From Nitrospirales bacterium (GTDB lineage: Bacteria; Nitrospirota; Nitrospiria; Nitrospirales; UBA8639), in contig CBDCWC010000002.1 in NCBI GenBank assembly GCA_965223295.1, forward strand, positions 1,504,001 through 1,568,000: a stretch of DNA of 64,000 bases, written 5' to 3'. The translations under genes and the position numbers were made by a program. Shown piece after piece: positions 30,967-40,065 of the stretch. How positions within the stretch are numbered: the stretch's first letter is position 1; each line of letters begins with the position of its first letter. The notes below the pieces were generated by a model, which was given only the letters and a program-made list of their open reading frames with translations, was not told the DNA's origin and searched no databases.

Positions 30967-31150
30967 AGGTGGATATCGCACAAACTGAAAAGTTCTGATA
31001 TTTTTGAGGAAAAAAGCATTCGTATTGTTGATTTTTCTCGCTGATTCCTGCCATTTTCTTTGGAACCCCTTCTTTTGATGAATAGGCAATTCTTAAATTT
31101 CCGTGTGTAATGATGAGACTACCGACCCGCTCGAACAGGAGGACAGATTC

Positions 31151-31573
31151 ATGACCAGGGCAGGTTTTTCCTTAATTTTTCTCAGCCTCATATGCCTTCT
31201 CCCATTGACGGCCTCTGCGGAAAAGCTTTCCTCCACTGACTGTGAAATCGCCCAAGGAAAAATGATGCAAGCCCACAACACCCGCGTCCCCCTTGAGCTG
31301 CAACGGGAACAAACACAGGAACGTGTCCGCCACATTTACGAAAACCTATTTATTTGTCACTCCACAGCCCTTCTCAGCAAGAAGCACCAGCTGCATTGTC
31401 AGCAACTGGAACGGGAAGCTCCCAAACAATTTCAAACCATGATTAAACTTGTCACCGCATCTCATGAAGCTTCACGACAAATACACACGCTCACCAAGCA
31501 AGTCCAAAAAGTGTGTCCTGCACCTTCTGCCAAGGCATCATTCACCCACATTAGCCGCCTCTCCAGCCACTAA
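31151..31573 (+). CDS. Hypothetical secreted helical protein
   Basis: GGAGG RBS before ATG 31151; signal peptide ending ASA; several Cys residues. Confidence 0.6.
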   Translation: MTRAGFSLIFLSLICLLPLTASAEKLSSTDCEIAQGKMMQAHNTRVPLELQREQTQERVRHIYENLFICHSTALLSKKHQLHCQQLEREAPKQFQTMIKLVTASHEASRQIHTLTKQVQKVCPAPSAKASFTHISRLSSH

Positions 31574-31599
31574 GCATACATAGAGATCCTCTCTGAATC

Positions 31600-31780
31600 T
31601 GTTGAAAAAAGCCGCCAGCGGCGTTCTCGCCCTTTTCCCGTGCTCACGTAATACCAGTACGCTCCGTGCGCAAAAATGGCTGCGGCCTTGCTGAACGGAC
31701 CTTTTTGAACAGACCCGAGGCCTCTGACATGTGACGTCGCAGAGACGAAATGTGGCCATTGATATCATCATTATTCAACA
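31600..31780 (-). mobile_element. Modular MITE, copy C (inverted)
   Basis: Reverse complement is closely similar to 57875-58054. Confidence 0.8.
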
Positions 31781-31983
31781 GCCCCTCTCTGTTAAATCTC
31801 GTTCCCCTTAACCTAGAGAAAGCTCCGTAGACACACCCAGAACTTCAAGATCTACAACACAACTTGTACGATGATGAACTGGAATGACAGATAGCTATAT
31901 CCGAAGCTCATCCGAAATACCCAGAACAAGTTGAATTCCCGCTAACCAATTACAGGAATGACGAAATGTGGGAAGAGATAAAA

Positions 31984-32415
31984 CTATTCAGGAAGTTCGA
32001 TGCCGCCACCTTCGAGGTCAGTGTCGATGCCGGTCAGTTCCATTTTATTTCCAACCCGCCACCATTCGGCAGACACCTCAGAAAGGGCACCTTTCGAAGT
32101 ATAAAATTTTGCGCTAGGAATACTCACAGATTGGTTTTCGGTTTTGTGGATTTCCATGACCGTCGTTTTTAATGTGGTATCTTCAACTTTGAGCATTTCT
32201 GGTGTGCTCGTGAGTAAGAACCGGTCATTAGGATTCGTTTCCCAGGCATTCTGTTTTAATGTGGCAACTTGCGTTCCTGTCGGCATAAACACCCCCATCG
32301 TCAAAACCAATTTCTGTTGGTCTTCCACCCATTCAATGCGGAGCTGTTCTTTGCCATGCGCCACAAACGTGCCATTGGTATTTCGCAAAGTATTGGTACC
32401 TAACTGAATATCCAC
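31984..32415 (-). CDS. Hypothetical protein
   Basis: AAGGAGG RBS, GTG start, 143 aa. Confidence 0.65.
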   Translation of the reverse strand: MDIQLGTNTLRNTNGTFVAHGKEQLRIEWVEDQQKLVLTMGVFMPTGTQVATLKQNAWETNPNDRFLLTSTPEMLKVEDTTLKTTVMEIHKTENQSVSIPSAKFYTSKGALSEVSAEWWRVGNKMELTGIDTDLEGGGIELPE

Positions 32416-32531
32416 CGAAACATCCTCCTTCTGACACTCAAAACTATTTTCTCACGATTATTCCTGAGAAGCTTCCTAAAATTCAAGTGATGTGAGTTGG
32501 GATACTATCACGGGGCTCGAAATCCATAGAC

Positions 32532-33530
32532 CTAGACTGATGAGGTGGTCTCTGTGGGAATGGAAAGATCTTTGCCCTTTAACACCATCAAACACACCAA
32601 CCCGATCACAATCCAAAGAATTTCCCTGACTCGGCGGATGAGCGCAAAGGTAATTCCTGTGACTTCGGTATACCCGAAACTCACAAGAAGGACGGTGTAC
32701 CCAGCTTCTTGAGCGCCTAAACTGCCGGGAATAAAAAACGTGCCCCCTTTGATAAACACCGTCAATGCGGCAATTGAAATGGAGGCCCACACATCAACGC
32801 TGACATTCAGACAATACAAAATGGCATAGACTTCCAGCGTTTCACAAAACCACGCCAGAAAAAACGTACCCAATGCTACATAAAACGTGCGTCGATTTTG
32901 GGAATAAAACCGTCGTATCGTGTCATCCATCTCTTGTAATTGACTTTCCCGTTTTTCAAGAAACCCGAGTTGAATACCACAGGTCCGCAAGAGCGTTAAC
33001 GACCCCATCCCTAAGCCATATCGTTGAAATAAGACAAACAGACCCACGCCAAATGCCAGGAGGCCCAAACTGGCCAGCATGGCTAGCCAGTAGTGGCTGG
33101 CGGCATCCATGATCCAAAACGCAAGACCTAATCCCACTAAAATAAACAGCATTTGCGCCAATGTCATCGTGGTCTTCGCGGTAATGACGGAAGCCATTCC
33201 CTCAACCATCGGGACGCCATAGCGTTTGAGCAAATAGGCCTTTAAGGGTTCTCCACCCACATAAGCCGCAGGCGTCGTGACATTCACCGTTTCACCTGCC
33301 ATACGAATAGCAAATAACCGGAGAAATCCCACACGCCGAGCAGAGGCCCCTAATGTGAGCCACCAACCCCAGGCTTCCAGCCCGTAGACCACAATCATCG
33401 GAAGAAGAATCATGCAGAAAGAAAGCGGCCCGATTTGTGAGAGAGCCTGAAGAATCGGGGGGATACCGATGTGCCACACAATCCCGACCAAGGCAACCAG
33501 CCCAAAAGTCAGGAAGATAATCTTAAGCAC
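32532..33530 (-). CDS. Lysylphosphatidylglycerol-synthase TM / flippase-like (HpnL-like) membrane protein
   Basis: GETVNVTTPAAYVGGEPLK and FFIPGSLGAQE motifs; GTG start overlaps upstream stop. Confidence 0.8.
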   Translation of the reverse strand: MLKIIFLTFGLVALVGIVWHIGIPPILQALSQIGPLSFCMILLPMIVVYGLEAWGWWLTLGASARRVGFLRLFAIRMAGETVNVTTPAAYVGGEPLKAYLLKRYGVPMVEGMASVITAKTTMTLAQMLFILVGLGLAFWIMDAASHYWLAMLASLGLLAFGVGLFVLFQRYGLGMGSLTLLRTCGIQLGFLEKRESQLQEMDDTIRRFYSQNRRTFYVALGTFFLAWFCETLEVYAILYCLNVSVDVWASISIAALTVFIKGGTFFIPGSLGAQEAGYTVLLVSFGYTEVTGITFALIRRVREILWIVIGLVCLMVLKGKDLSIPTETTSSV

Positions 33531-35010
33531 GAGAGATGAGGTTTCGACGGAGGAGCCAGGCCATTGACATGACAAAAAACCACGAACCGATCGCGGCCAA
33601 GGCTAAGAACCAGTTGAGGAAGCCCAAACCCGCACAAATCAGGACAACCACTGAAAAATCCCTATTGGCGACGTTGCTTAACATAAAATCTATTTTTTCG
33701 TGTTCCCTTTTTGTATATCGCTGCGAATCTCGTGGACGTGACTGCACCTGTCGGGCTGCGTTCACGAGCAATAAAGACACCACGTTTGCCAAGACGGCAG
33801 ATGCGCCAAGCACTAAAGGCAACAGCGTGTGCTCCCAAGGTCCCTGAAGATAGAGACCACAGGCGATCCCTGCAAAAACCGCCATATGAACGACATTATC
33901 AGCCCAAATATCCAATTCCTGGCCAAATTTTGATTCCGAAAAGGTCAGTCGCGCCACCTCGCCATCGCAGCAATCAATGATCACTGACAACTGAAAGAGC
34001 AACGCACCAATCAGGGCAAATTCCCAAGACCCAGGAATAAAAAATCCAGCCGCCACCAACCCCACGATCATGGAAATCATGGTAATCGTGTTCGGTGACC
34101 AATGAAGCCGTAAAAATAACCGCGTGAACAGACCGGAACATTTTCGATTCACATAACGATCGACAAAACCGTCCAGTCCTCCTTTTAATGATTGCAGCGA
34201 ACGAATCAACGTTTGCTCTGCGTATTTTTGACCTTTTGGGCCACGTACATCGCGGAACCAATGCCTTCCGCCAGGAATAGCCTGGACCGTGCCTTCAACA
34301 GCAGCCTGCTCCAACGCTAAACGCAAGGGATTCGTCCCCTGAGCATGCAACACACCAGAGATTCCTAGTAGCCGCCCCGGTAAGACCATAAGGTCACCAA
34401 CAAGTGGCAGTCGTAAACGCTCTCTCGTCTGGCTTTGTGAAGCCGTGTCCATTGATGACGACATGGGCGGATCGCGAAAGACAAGAGAAGAGGTCGTACG
34501 CCCTTCAACCGCTTCCGCCTTGATGACCACGCCTGGGTTTCCCACATGATAGCCTTCATCCGGCCGTCCCACGACGACCACTGCTTTACCTTGCGCACCT
34601 TCCCGCCGTAATCGCTGAACCAGTGACGCAGAAAATACTGTGTGACACCCGACCACCATGCATGCTCCACTCACCTCATCAGCCAAGGTTTCCCATGTTT
34701 GCGGATCATGGGGAGGAAACTCGCGAACGGGCAGCCACCGCACAGCAGCTTGCAGCCGGCTATCTTCTCGCAACAATTGCCGTAACGTTCTTTCTTCTTG
34801 TCCTGCCAGCACCCATATTTGAGAAATGCCTCCGCGTTGTAGGGTCAGGACTGCTCGCTGAAACAGCGTCATTCCCCCAACGCGCAGAAGTGGACTGGGG
34901 ATGGCTTCTCCGGCACCCAGACCTCCCGGAGTAAACACGCCAGAAGACGTCAGCAGAATCGCTGTATCGACGGCATCTGTGGTTTCTTGTTTGAGAATTC
35001 CATCCATCAT
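33523..35010 (-). CDS. Degenerate NTP-transferase domain fused to CDP-alcohol phosphatidyltransferase
   Basis: DCCDGEVAR...GQELDIWAD CDP-AP motif; N-terminal GT-A-like domain lacks AAGxGxR. Confidence 0.85.
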   Translation of the reverse strand: MMDGILKQETTDAVDTAILLTSSGVFTPGGLGAGEAIPSPLLRVGGMTLFQRAVLTLQRGGISQIWVLAGQEERTLRQLLREDSRLQAAVRWLPVREFPPHDPQTWETLADEVSGACMVVGCHTVFSASLVQRLRREGAQGKAVVVVGRPDEGYHVGNPGVVIKAEAVEGRTTSSLVFRDPPMSSSMDTASQSQTRERLRLPLVGDLMVLPGRLLGISGVLHAQGTNPLRLALEQAAVEGTVQAIPGGRHWFRDVRGPKGQKYAEQTLIRSLQSLKGGLDGFVDRYVNRKCSGLFTRLFLRLHWSPNTITMISMIVGLVAAGFFIPGSWEFALIGALLFQLSVIIDCCDGEVARLTFSESKFGQELDIWADNVVHMAVFAGIACGLYLQGPWEHTLLPLVLGASAVLANVVSLLLVNAARQVQSRPRDSQRYTKREHEKIDFMLSNVANRDFSVVVLICAGLGFLNWFLALAAIGSWFFVMSMAWLLRRNLISRA

Positions 35011-35020
35011 GACACCTGCA

Positions 35021-35794
35021 TCAGCTCAACGATGATGACGTGACAGAGACACATGACTCATTATTCTCTATAGCTTGTATCGCTGGCAAGACATGTGACC
35101 TTGCTCGCTGAATATCTTCAGGAAAATCAATTTCTATCCAGGGCAATCCGCCAATTTTTTCATAGCCCACCGAAACATCCCGGAAAAAAGTCGCGAGGGC
35201 ATCCTCATATTCCATATCCAACCGATCGGCATCGATACAAGCTTGGACAGACCGCAAGAGAGAAGGAATATCGTGTCTCTGTACCTTGAGAAAACCCACA
35301 CCTTCTCCAGCTTCTTCAAATTCAGCAGGAAGAACTTTACTCAACGAGAGAACACGTCCACCACGGGCAGCAACCATACATTCTTCGGATTCTTGTTTCA
35401 CCGTCTCATCCATCAATAACGCGGAAGCCTGGGTCGACCGCACAAGGCGAGTCAAAATTTCGGAAGCATACAAGACATCGGCATCCATAAGCACCACATC
35501 AGCATCCATTTCTTCTCGAGCTGCCCATAAAGAAGTGATACTTCCACGCTCAAATTGCTCGTTCACAACCCATTGTATAGGAACGTGATGAGATTCTGCC
35601 GCCACTGCTTCACGAATCGCCTCTTGTGCGAACCCTACGACTAACACAACTTGAGATATACCTAGCTGCGTGAGGTATTCAATGTGTCGTGACAAAAGAC
35701 TCCGCCCGCCAATTTCCATCAAACATTTGGGCTTGCCTTGCGTCACACTTTGTAAACGGCGTCCCACGCCCGCTGCAAGAATAACGGCCTTCAT
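35021..35794 (-). CDS. LicC/PntC-like cytidylyltransferase
   Basis: MKAVILAAGVGRRL...PKCL and WIEIDFPED motifs. Confidence 0.8.
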   Translation of the reverse strand: MKAVILAAGVGRRLQSVTQGKPKCLMEIGGRSLLSRHIEYLTQLGISQVVLVVGFAQEAIREAVAAESHHVPIQWVVNEQFERGSITSLWAAREEMDADVVLMDADVLYASEILTRLVRSTQASALLMDETVKQESEECMVAARGGRVLSLSKVLPAEFEEAGEGVGFLKVQRHDIPSLLRSVQACIDADRLDMEYEDALATFFRDVSVGYEKIGGLPWIEIDFPEDIQRARSHVLPAIQAIENNESCVSVTSSSLS

Positions 35795-36879
35795 CCTCTT
35801 ATTTTCTCCAATGTTTCCTGAAATGCCGAGAGAAACCCGTTGATATTCTCATCCGTCAATGCGCCGATATTCGCGACTCGAAAGATTTTATCCTCCAATT
35901 GAGCTTGCCCGGCATAGATCACATAGCCTGCTTGTTTCAAACCATCATGAAGCTCAGGATAGGGCACCCCATCAGGCAGATGAAACGCCGTCAAGGTATT
36001 GCCCTGCACTTCAGGCGGTAACACCGCCTTCACCCCCAGTTCTTGCATACGTGACCGAATTGCCGACGCATAGCCCTGGAACCGTTGCAGCCGATTGTTC
36101 ACTCCTTCTTCCAGCAATTCATCCAAGGCTTCCCGAAAGGCATAATACACTTGGACGGCTGGTGTGAAGGGAATCGTCCCGCGTTCCTGCTCATCATAAT
36201 AGTTAGCCAAGTTCAAGTACCAGGAACGCTTGGGATATTTCTTTGCTTGCTCCATAAACCCCTTCCGCACCAAGACAAATGATACACCGGGAAATCCCTG
36301 AATACATTTCTGGGCTGACCCCGCTACCAGATACATGTGACTGCCACCAATGTCTAACGCTTCTCCGCCTAAACCACTCACCGAATCCAGCATAAACACA
36401 CGATTTTTCCCATCCACCATATCTGCAATTTCTTTGACGGGGTTGATAAAGCCCAGCGTCGTCTCATGATGCACCATAGCCACGGTATACACCTCTGGAT
36501 GTTGGATCATCGCCAGCTCCACCTTCTTCACATCCGGAGCAACTCCCCAATCAAATTTCATATCGGGCACACCGAGGCGATGCATTTTGATCATGGCGGA
36601 CAACCGTTCCCCATAAATCCCATTGGTGATGACCATCGCCCGTTTTCCCATGGGCAAACTGGACAGCAGCGCCGCTTCCACCGCGGCTGTGCCAGAGCCC
36701 GTGAGAAGAATTGCTGTATATTCGTCTTCCTCCCCAGGAACAAACGCTTTCAGCAACTTCTGGCGAATATCGAGAATTAATTCCGCACATTCCGACTCCC
36801 GATGACAAATATCCGGCTGCAACAAGGCTTGCCGCACACGCTCAGACACATTCACCGGGCCCGGGTTCAACAAAATCAT
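35791..36879 (-). CDS. 2-aminoethylphosphonate-pyruvate transaminase-like class V aminotransferase
   Basis: LLNPGP, GSGTAAVEA, VHHETT, SAQKCIQG and PFTP motifs (PhnW/AepZ-like). Confidence 0.8.
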   Translation of the reverse strand: MILLNPGPVNVSERVRQALLQPDICHRESECAELILDIRQKLLKAFVPGEEDEYTAILLTGSGTAAVEAALLSSLPMGKRAMVITNGIYGERLSAMIKMHRLGVPDMKFDWGVAPDVKKVELAMIQHPEVYTVAMVHHETTLGFINPVKEIADMVDGKNRVFMLDSVSGLGGEALDIGGSHMYLVAGSAQKCIQGFPGVSFVLVRKGFMEQAKKYPKRSWYLNLANYYDEQERGTIPFTPAVQVYYAFREALDELLEEGVNNRLQRFQGYASAIRSRMQELGVKAVLPPEVQGNTLTAFHLPDGVPYPELHDGLKQAGYVIYAGQAQLEDKIFRVANIGALTDENINGFLSAFQETLEKIRG

Positions 36880-36926
36880 TTCGTGCAGTCCTTTATCGAA
36901 AATACAACGAGATTCACATCATCAAT

Positions 36927-37508
36927 TTAAGAAAGACTCAGTTTAAACCGCTTCGTCATCTCAGCTGGAGGTAACACAATGCGATCAGCATCTTCCAATT
37001 GTTCATTGACCTTGATCAACAGAAAACTAGGACCAGTATCAGCAAGCATCGTCTTAAACTCATAGACAATATCTTCCCTTTCCCACACTCGTTCTATATT
37101 GACATAACCGGCTGCCTTGGCCATTTTGTCTAGGCCGACAAATCGCGAATACGTGGGCTGATTCCCCGTCGTCCCATACACTTCATTATCAAAGACCACA
37201 TGAATCAAATTCTTCGGTTTCAATGCTCCAATTGTGGCCAGCGTCCCTAAACTCATCAATACATTTCCATCGCCGTCAAAAATCACGACCGTTTTCTGTG
37301 GCTGTGCTAATGCTAATCCCAAACCAATCCCAGCCGTCGCCCCCATGGACCCAATCATATAAAAATTCTGATCACGGTCACGTAACTTACAAGCCTCGCG
37401 CGAAGGGAACCCATTACACACGATCAGCGGCTCATCCGTGAGCAATTCAAAAATCGCCGCCATGGCCTGCGCCCGGCTTTGCATCACCCCTTCTTCAGGA
37501 CCAATCAT
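36927..37508 (-). CDS. Phosphonopyruvate/sulfopyruvate decarboxylase, ThDP-binding (beta) subunit
   Basis: FYMIGSMG, DGDGNVLM...DNEVYGTTGNQ motifs. Confidence 0.8.
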   Translation of the reverse strand: MIGPEEGVMQSRAQAMAAIFELLTDEPLIVCNGFPSREACKLRDRDQNFYMIGSMGATAGIGLGLALAQPQKTVVIFDGDGNVLMSLGTLATIGALKPKNLIHVVFDNEVYGTTGNQPTYSRFVGLDKMAKAAGYVNIERVWEREDIVYEFKTMLADTGPSFLLIKVNEQLEDADRIVLPPAEMTKRFKLSLS

Positions 37509-37614
37509 CAGGAAGCCTCGTGAAAAGTAAGAAGACAAGGTAAAAAAAGGCCCCAACAATAGCTAACTGATGTATTCCTCATCTTATCTTCTCACGTTTT
37601 CCTTTTCACTCCTT

Positions 37615-38136
37615 TTATGGCTGCACCGTTTTCACTATGCCTTTTTTCAACAGCAGTGCCACCGGAATCCGCTGTTCCATAAAAGTTTTAGCCGTCCATT
37701 GAAGATCTTCAGTAATCGTCCCGGGTGTGAGTGTCCGGTGAGGAATTTTGACCATATCCAGAAGCGCCGTCATCGTTGCCCCCATGACCAAATGTTCCGG
37801 CGCATCTTTCCCTTCAAACCCGCGCCAAGACACCAGTAATAGACAAGGAATTTGATAAATTAAATTCAGTGACTCCAAGATATTCAGCGCATTGCCTAAC
37901 CCTGAATTCTGCATCAGCACAGCAGGTATCTTCCCGCCAAAATAGGCCCCAGCCGCCATGGCTACCGCCTCATCTTCACGAACGGCAGGCGTATACATCC
38001 GCTCTTCCGTTAAATGCGCAATAATCCCTCCAAGAATGGTATCCGGCACTCCTGTAAAGAAGTCAAACCCGATTCCCTGAAGACCTTTCACAAAATCATC
38101 GGCTTCTAACATTGCCATCCGTTCAGCGCATGACAC
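37615..38136 (-). CDS. Phosphonopyruvate/sulfopyruvate decarboxylase, alpha subunit
   Basis: FFTGVPD, REDEA, MQNSGLGN and SWRG...EH motifs. Confidence 0.8.
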   Translation of the reverse strand: MSCAERMAMLEADDFVKGLQGIGFDFFTGVPDTILGGIIAHLTEERMYTPAVREDEAVAMAAGAYFGGKIPAVLMQNSGLGNALNILESLNLIYQIPCLLLVSWRGFEGKDAPEHLVMGATMTALLDMVKIPHRTLTPGTITEDLQWTAKTFMEQRIPVALLLKKGIVKTVQP

Positions 38137-38403
38137 AACGCTCGTGTTCGCTCAAAAGTGAGCGAGGCGTGCGTCTCAAAAAAATTTTCAGATTAAAGGT
38201 CCCTACTGGAACGATTAGTGGATAACACCGGCACACGTAGAATGAGGAAATATGCCGAACAAAAAGGTGATTATAGCCCTCAACTAGGACGGTTCTCAAG
38301 AAAACTGATCGAGGAAGTTGCAAGAAAAATTCAGAAAAGAGTAGACTGGCCCATTGCCTTGACAAACAGGTTTCTTTTCAATTTCAGAAGAATTCAGAAT
38401 GTC

Positions 38404-38805
38404 ATGAAATCAAAAAAACGAGTATCGAAATCTACGTACACCGAAGAGCATGCCAAAAGCGGATTAACAGCAAGACTGCCTAAACTGGAAACCTGGCCTA
38501 ACCAATATCCCGGCTATCAAATTACGATCGACATTCCAGAATACACCGCCATCTGTCCGAAGACCGGCCTCCCTGACTTTGGAACCATCCAACTCACCTA
38601 TGTACCAGATCAATCCTGCGTCGAACTTAAATCACTCAAAGTCTATATTCACGCCTATCGTAATCTTGGCATCTTCTACGAAAATGCCGTCAACAAAATT
38701 TTGGCCGACGTCGTGAAAGCCTGTAAGCCGGTGTCAGCGACTGTTGTCGGAGATTTCACCGCCCGTGGCGGCCTCAGCAGCACCATCCAAGCCTCCTACC
38801 CTTGA
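38404..38805 (+). CDS. queF: preQ0 reductase QueF
   Basis: EYTAICPKTGLPDFG, VELKSLK and RGG motifs; ATG 38404 is the more plausible start. Confidence 0.92.
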   Translation: MKSKKRVSKSTYTEEHAKSGLTARLPKLETWPNQYPGYQITIDIPEYTAICPKTGLPDFGTIQLTYVPDQSCVELKSLKVYIHAYRNLGIFYENAVNKILADVVKACKPVSATVVGDFTARGGLSSTIQASYP

Positions 38806-38823
38806 GGAACAAAATAAACAGCC

Positions 38824-38871
38824 ATTTAGGGGTCAGACTCGAATTAAACAATTCGAGTCTGACCCCTAAAT
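38824..38871. repeat. REP-like palindrome, copy 2
   Basis: 22-bp inverted repeat ATTTAGGGGTCAGACTCGAATT between convergent queF and degT. Confidence 0.85.
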
Positions 38872-38885
38872 ATAAAACAGCTTTT

Positions 38886-39998
38886 CTATTTGAAGAATTG
38901 GGTGATGGATTCGACGATGTAGGTGAGTTGATCGATGGTGAGTTCAGGATAGATGGGCAGTGAGAGAACTTCTTGGGCAGCGTGTTCGGCGACGGGAAAA
39001 GCTCCTTTGTGATAGCCCAATGTCTCGTAACATTCCTGAAGGTGAAGAGGGACGGGGTAATAGATCCGATTACCGATGTTGTTTTCAGTTAAATATTCAC
39101 TCAACTCATCTCGTTTAGGAGTCTGGATGGTGAATTGGTTGTAGACATGAGTATTCCCTGCCGCTACCTTAGGAAGCTTCACCCGATCATCTAATCCATA
39201 CTCATGAAACAGCTGTTGATACATAGAGGCATTGTGTTGCCTTTTCTCAGTCCACTCGGCTAAGTATTGAAACTTTACCTGTAACACTGCAGCTTGTAGC
39301 GCATCCAATCGGCTGTTCATGCCAATGAGATGGTGATGATATTCTGACCGGCTTCCATGCACCCGCATCAGGCACAACCGTTCTGCCACCTTTGAATCAT
39401 CTGTCGTGATAAGCCCGCCGTCACCAAACGCGCCTAAGTTTTTTGAAGGGAAAAAGCTGAAACAGCCCGTCCGCCCAAATGCCCCAGCTTTGATATCATT
39501 GCGCGTTGCGCCAATGGCCTGACAGGCATCCTCAATAACGGGAATCCCGTTCGCATCCGCCACCTTGTTGATAGCCTCCATGTCGGCACATTGCCCAAAG
39601 AGATGCACCGGAAGTATGGCTTTGGTTCGCACGGTAATTTTATCGGCCAATTGTTGAGGATCTAGATTGAATGTGTCTGCACACACATCCACAAACATGG
39701 GGCGGGCATGGAGTCGAGAGATCACACCGGTCGATGCAAAAAACGTAAAGGGAACCGTCAACACTTCATCATCAGGCTGCAGATCGAGTTCCATCAGGGA
39801 AAGCAGTAGTGCATCGCTCCCTGAGGCCACGCCAATCGCATAGTTGGTCCCAATGAATTGGGCTAGCGTCTCTTCCAGCTGTTCAACATAGGCGCCAAGG
39901 ATAAAGCTTTGCTTGGCACAGACTTCTTCTATCACCTTGGTGATTTCGGGTTGAATACGAAGATATTGTGTTTTGAGGTCCAGCAGAGGGACATTCAC
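38886..39998 (-). CDS. DegT/DnrJ/EryC1/StrS sugar aminotransferase
   Basis: EDACQ, FSFFPSKNLGAFGDGG and NSRLDALQA motifs. Confidence 0.93.
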   Translation of the reverse strand: MNVPLLDLKTQYLRIQPEITKVIEEVCAKQSFILGAYVEQLEETLAQFIGTNYAIGVASGSDALLLSLMELDLQPDDEVLTVPFTFFASTGVISRLHARPMFVDVCADTFNLDPQQLADKITVRTKAILPVHLFGQCADMEAINKVADANGIPVIEDACQAIGATRNDIKAGAFGRTGCFSFFPSKNLGAFGDGGLITTDDSKVAERLCLMRVHGSRSEYHHHLIGMNSRLDALQAAVLQVKFQYLAEWTEKRQHNASMYQQLFHEYGLDDRVKLPKVAAGNTHVYNQFTIQTPKRDELSEYLTENNIGNRIYYPVPLHLQECYETLGYHKGAFPVAEHAAQEVLSLPIYPELTIDQLTYIVESITQFFK

Positions 39999-40065
39999 GA
40001 GAACGGGACTCCGTTCAATGACAATCTCTTGTCGTCAGGCACGAGGAAGTAACATGAAATGGGAT

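Noticed and set aside
38218-38403. N-terminal extension of QueF
   Set aside because: Overlaps a divergent promoter region containing TTGACA; ATG 38404 gives the normal length
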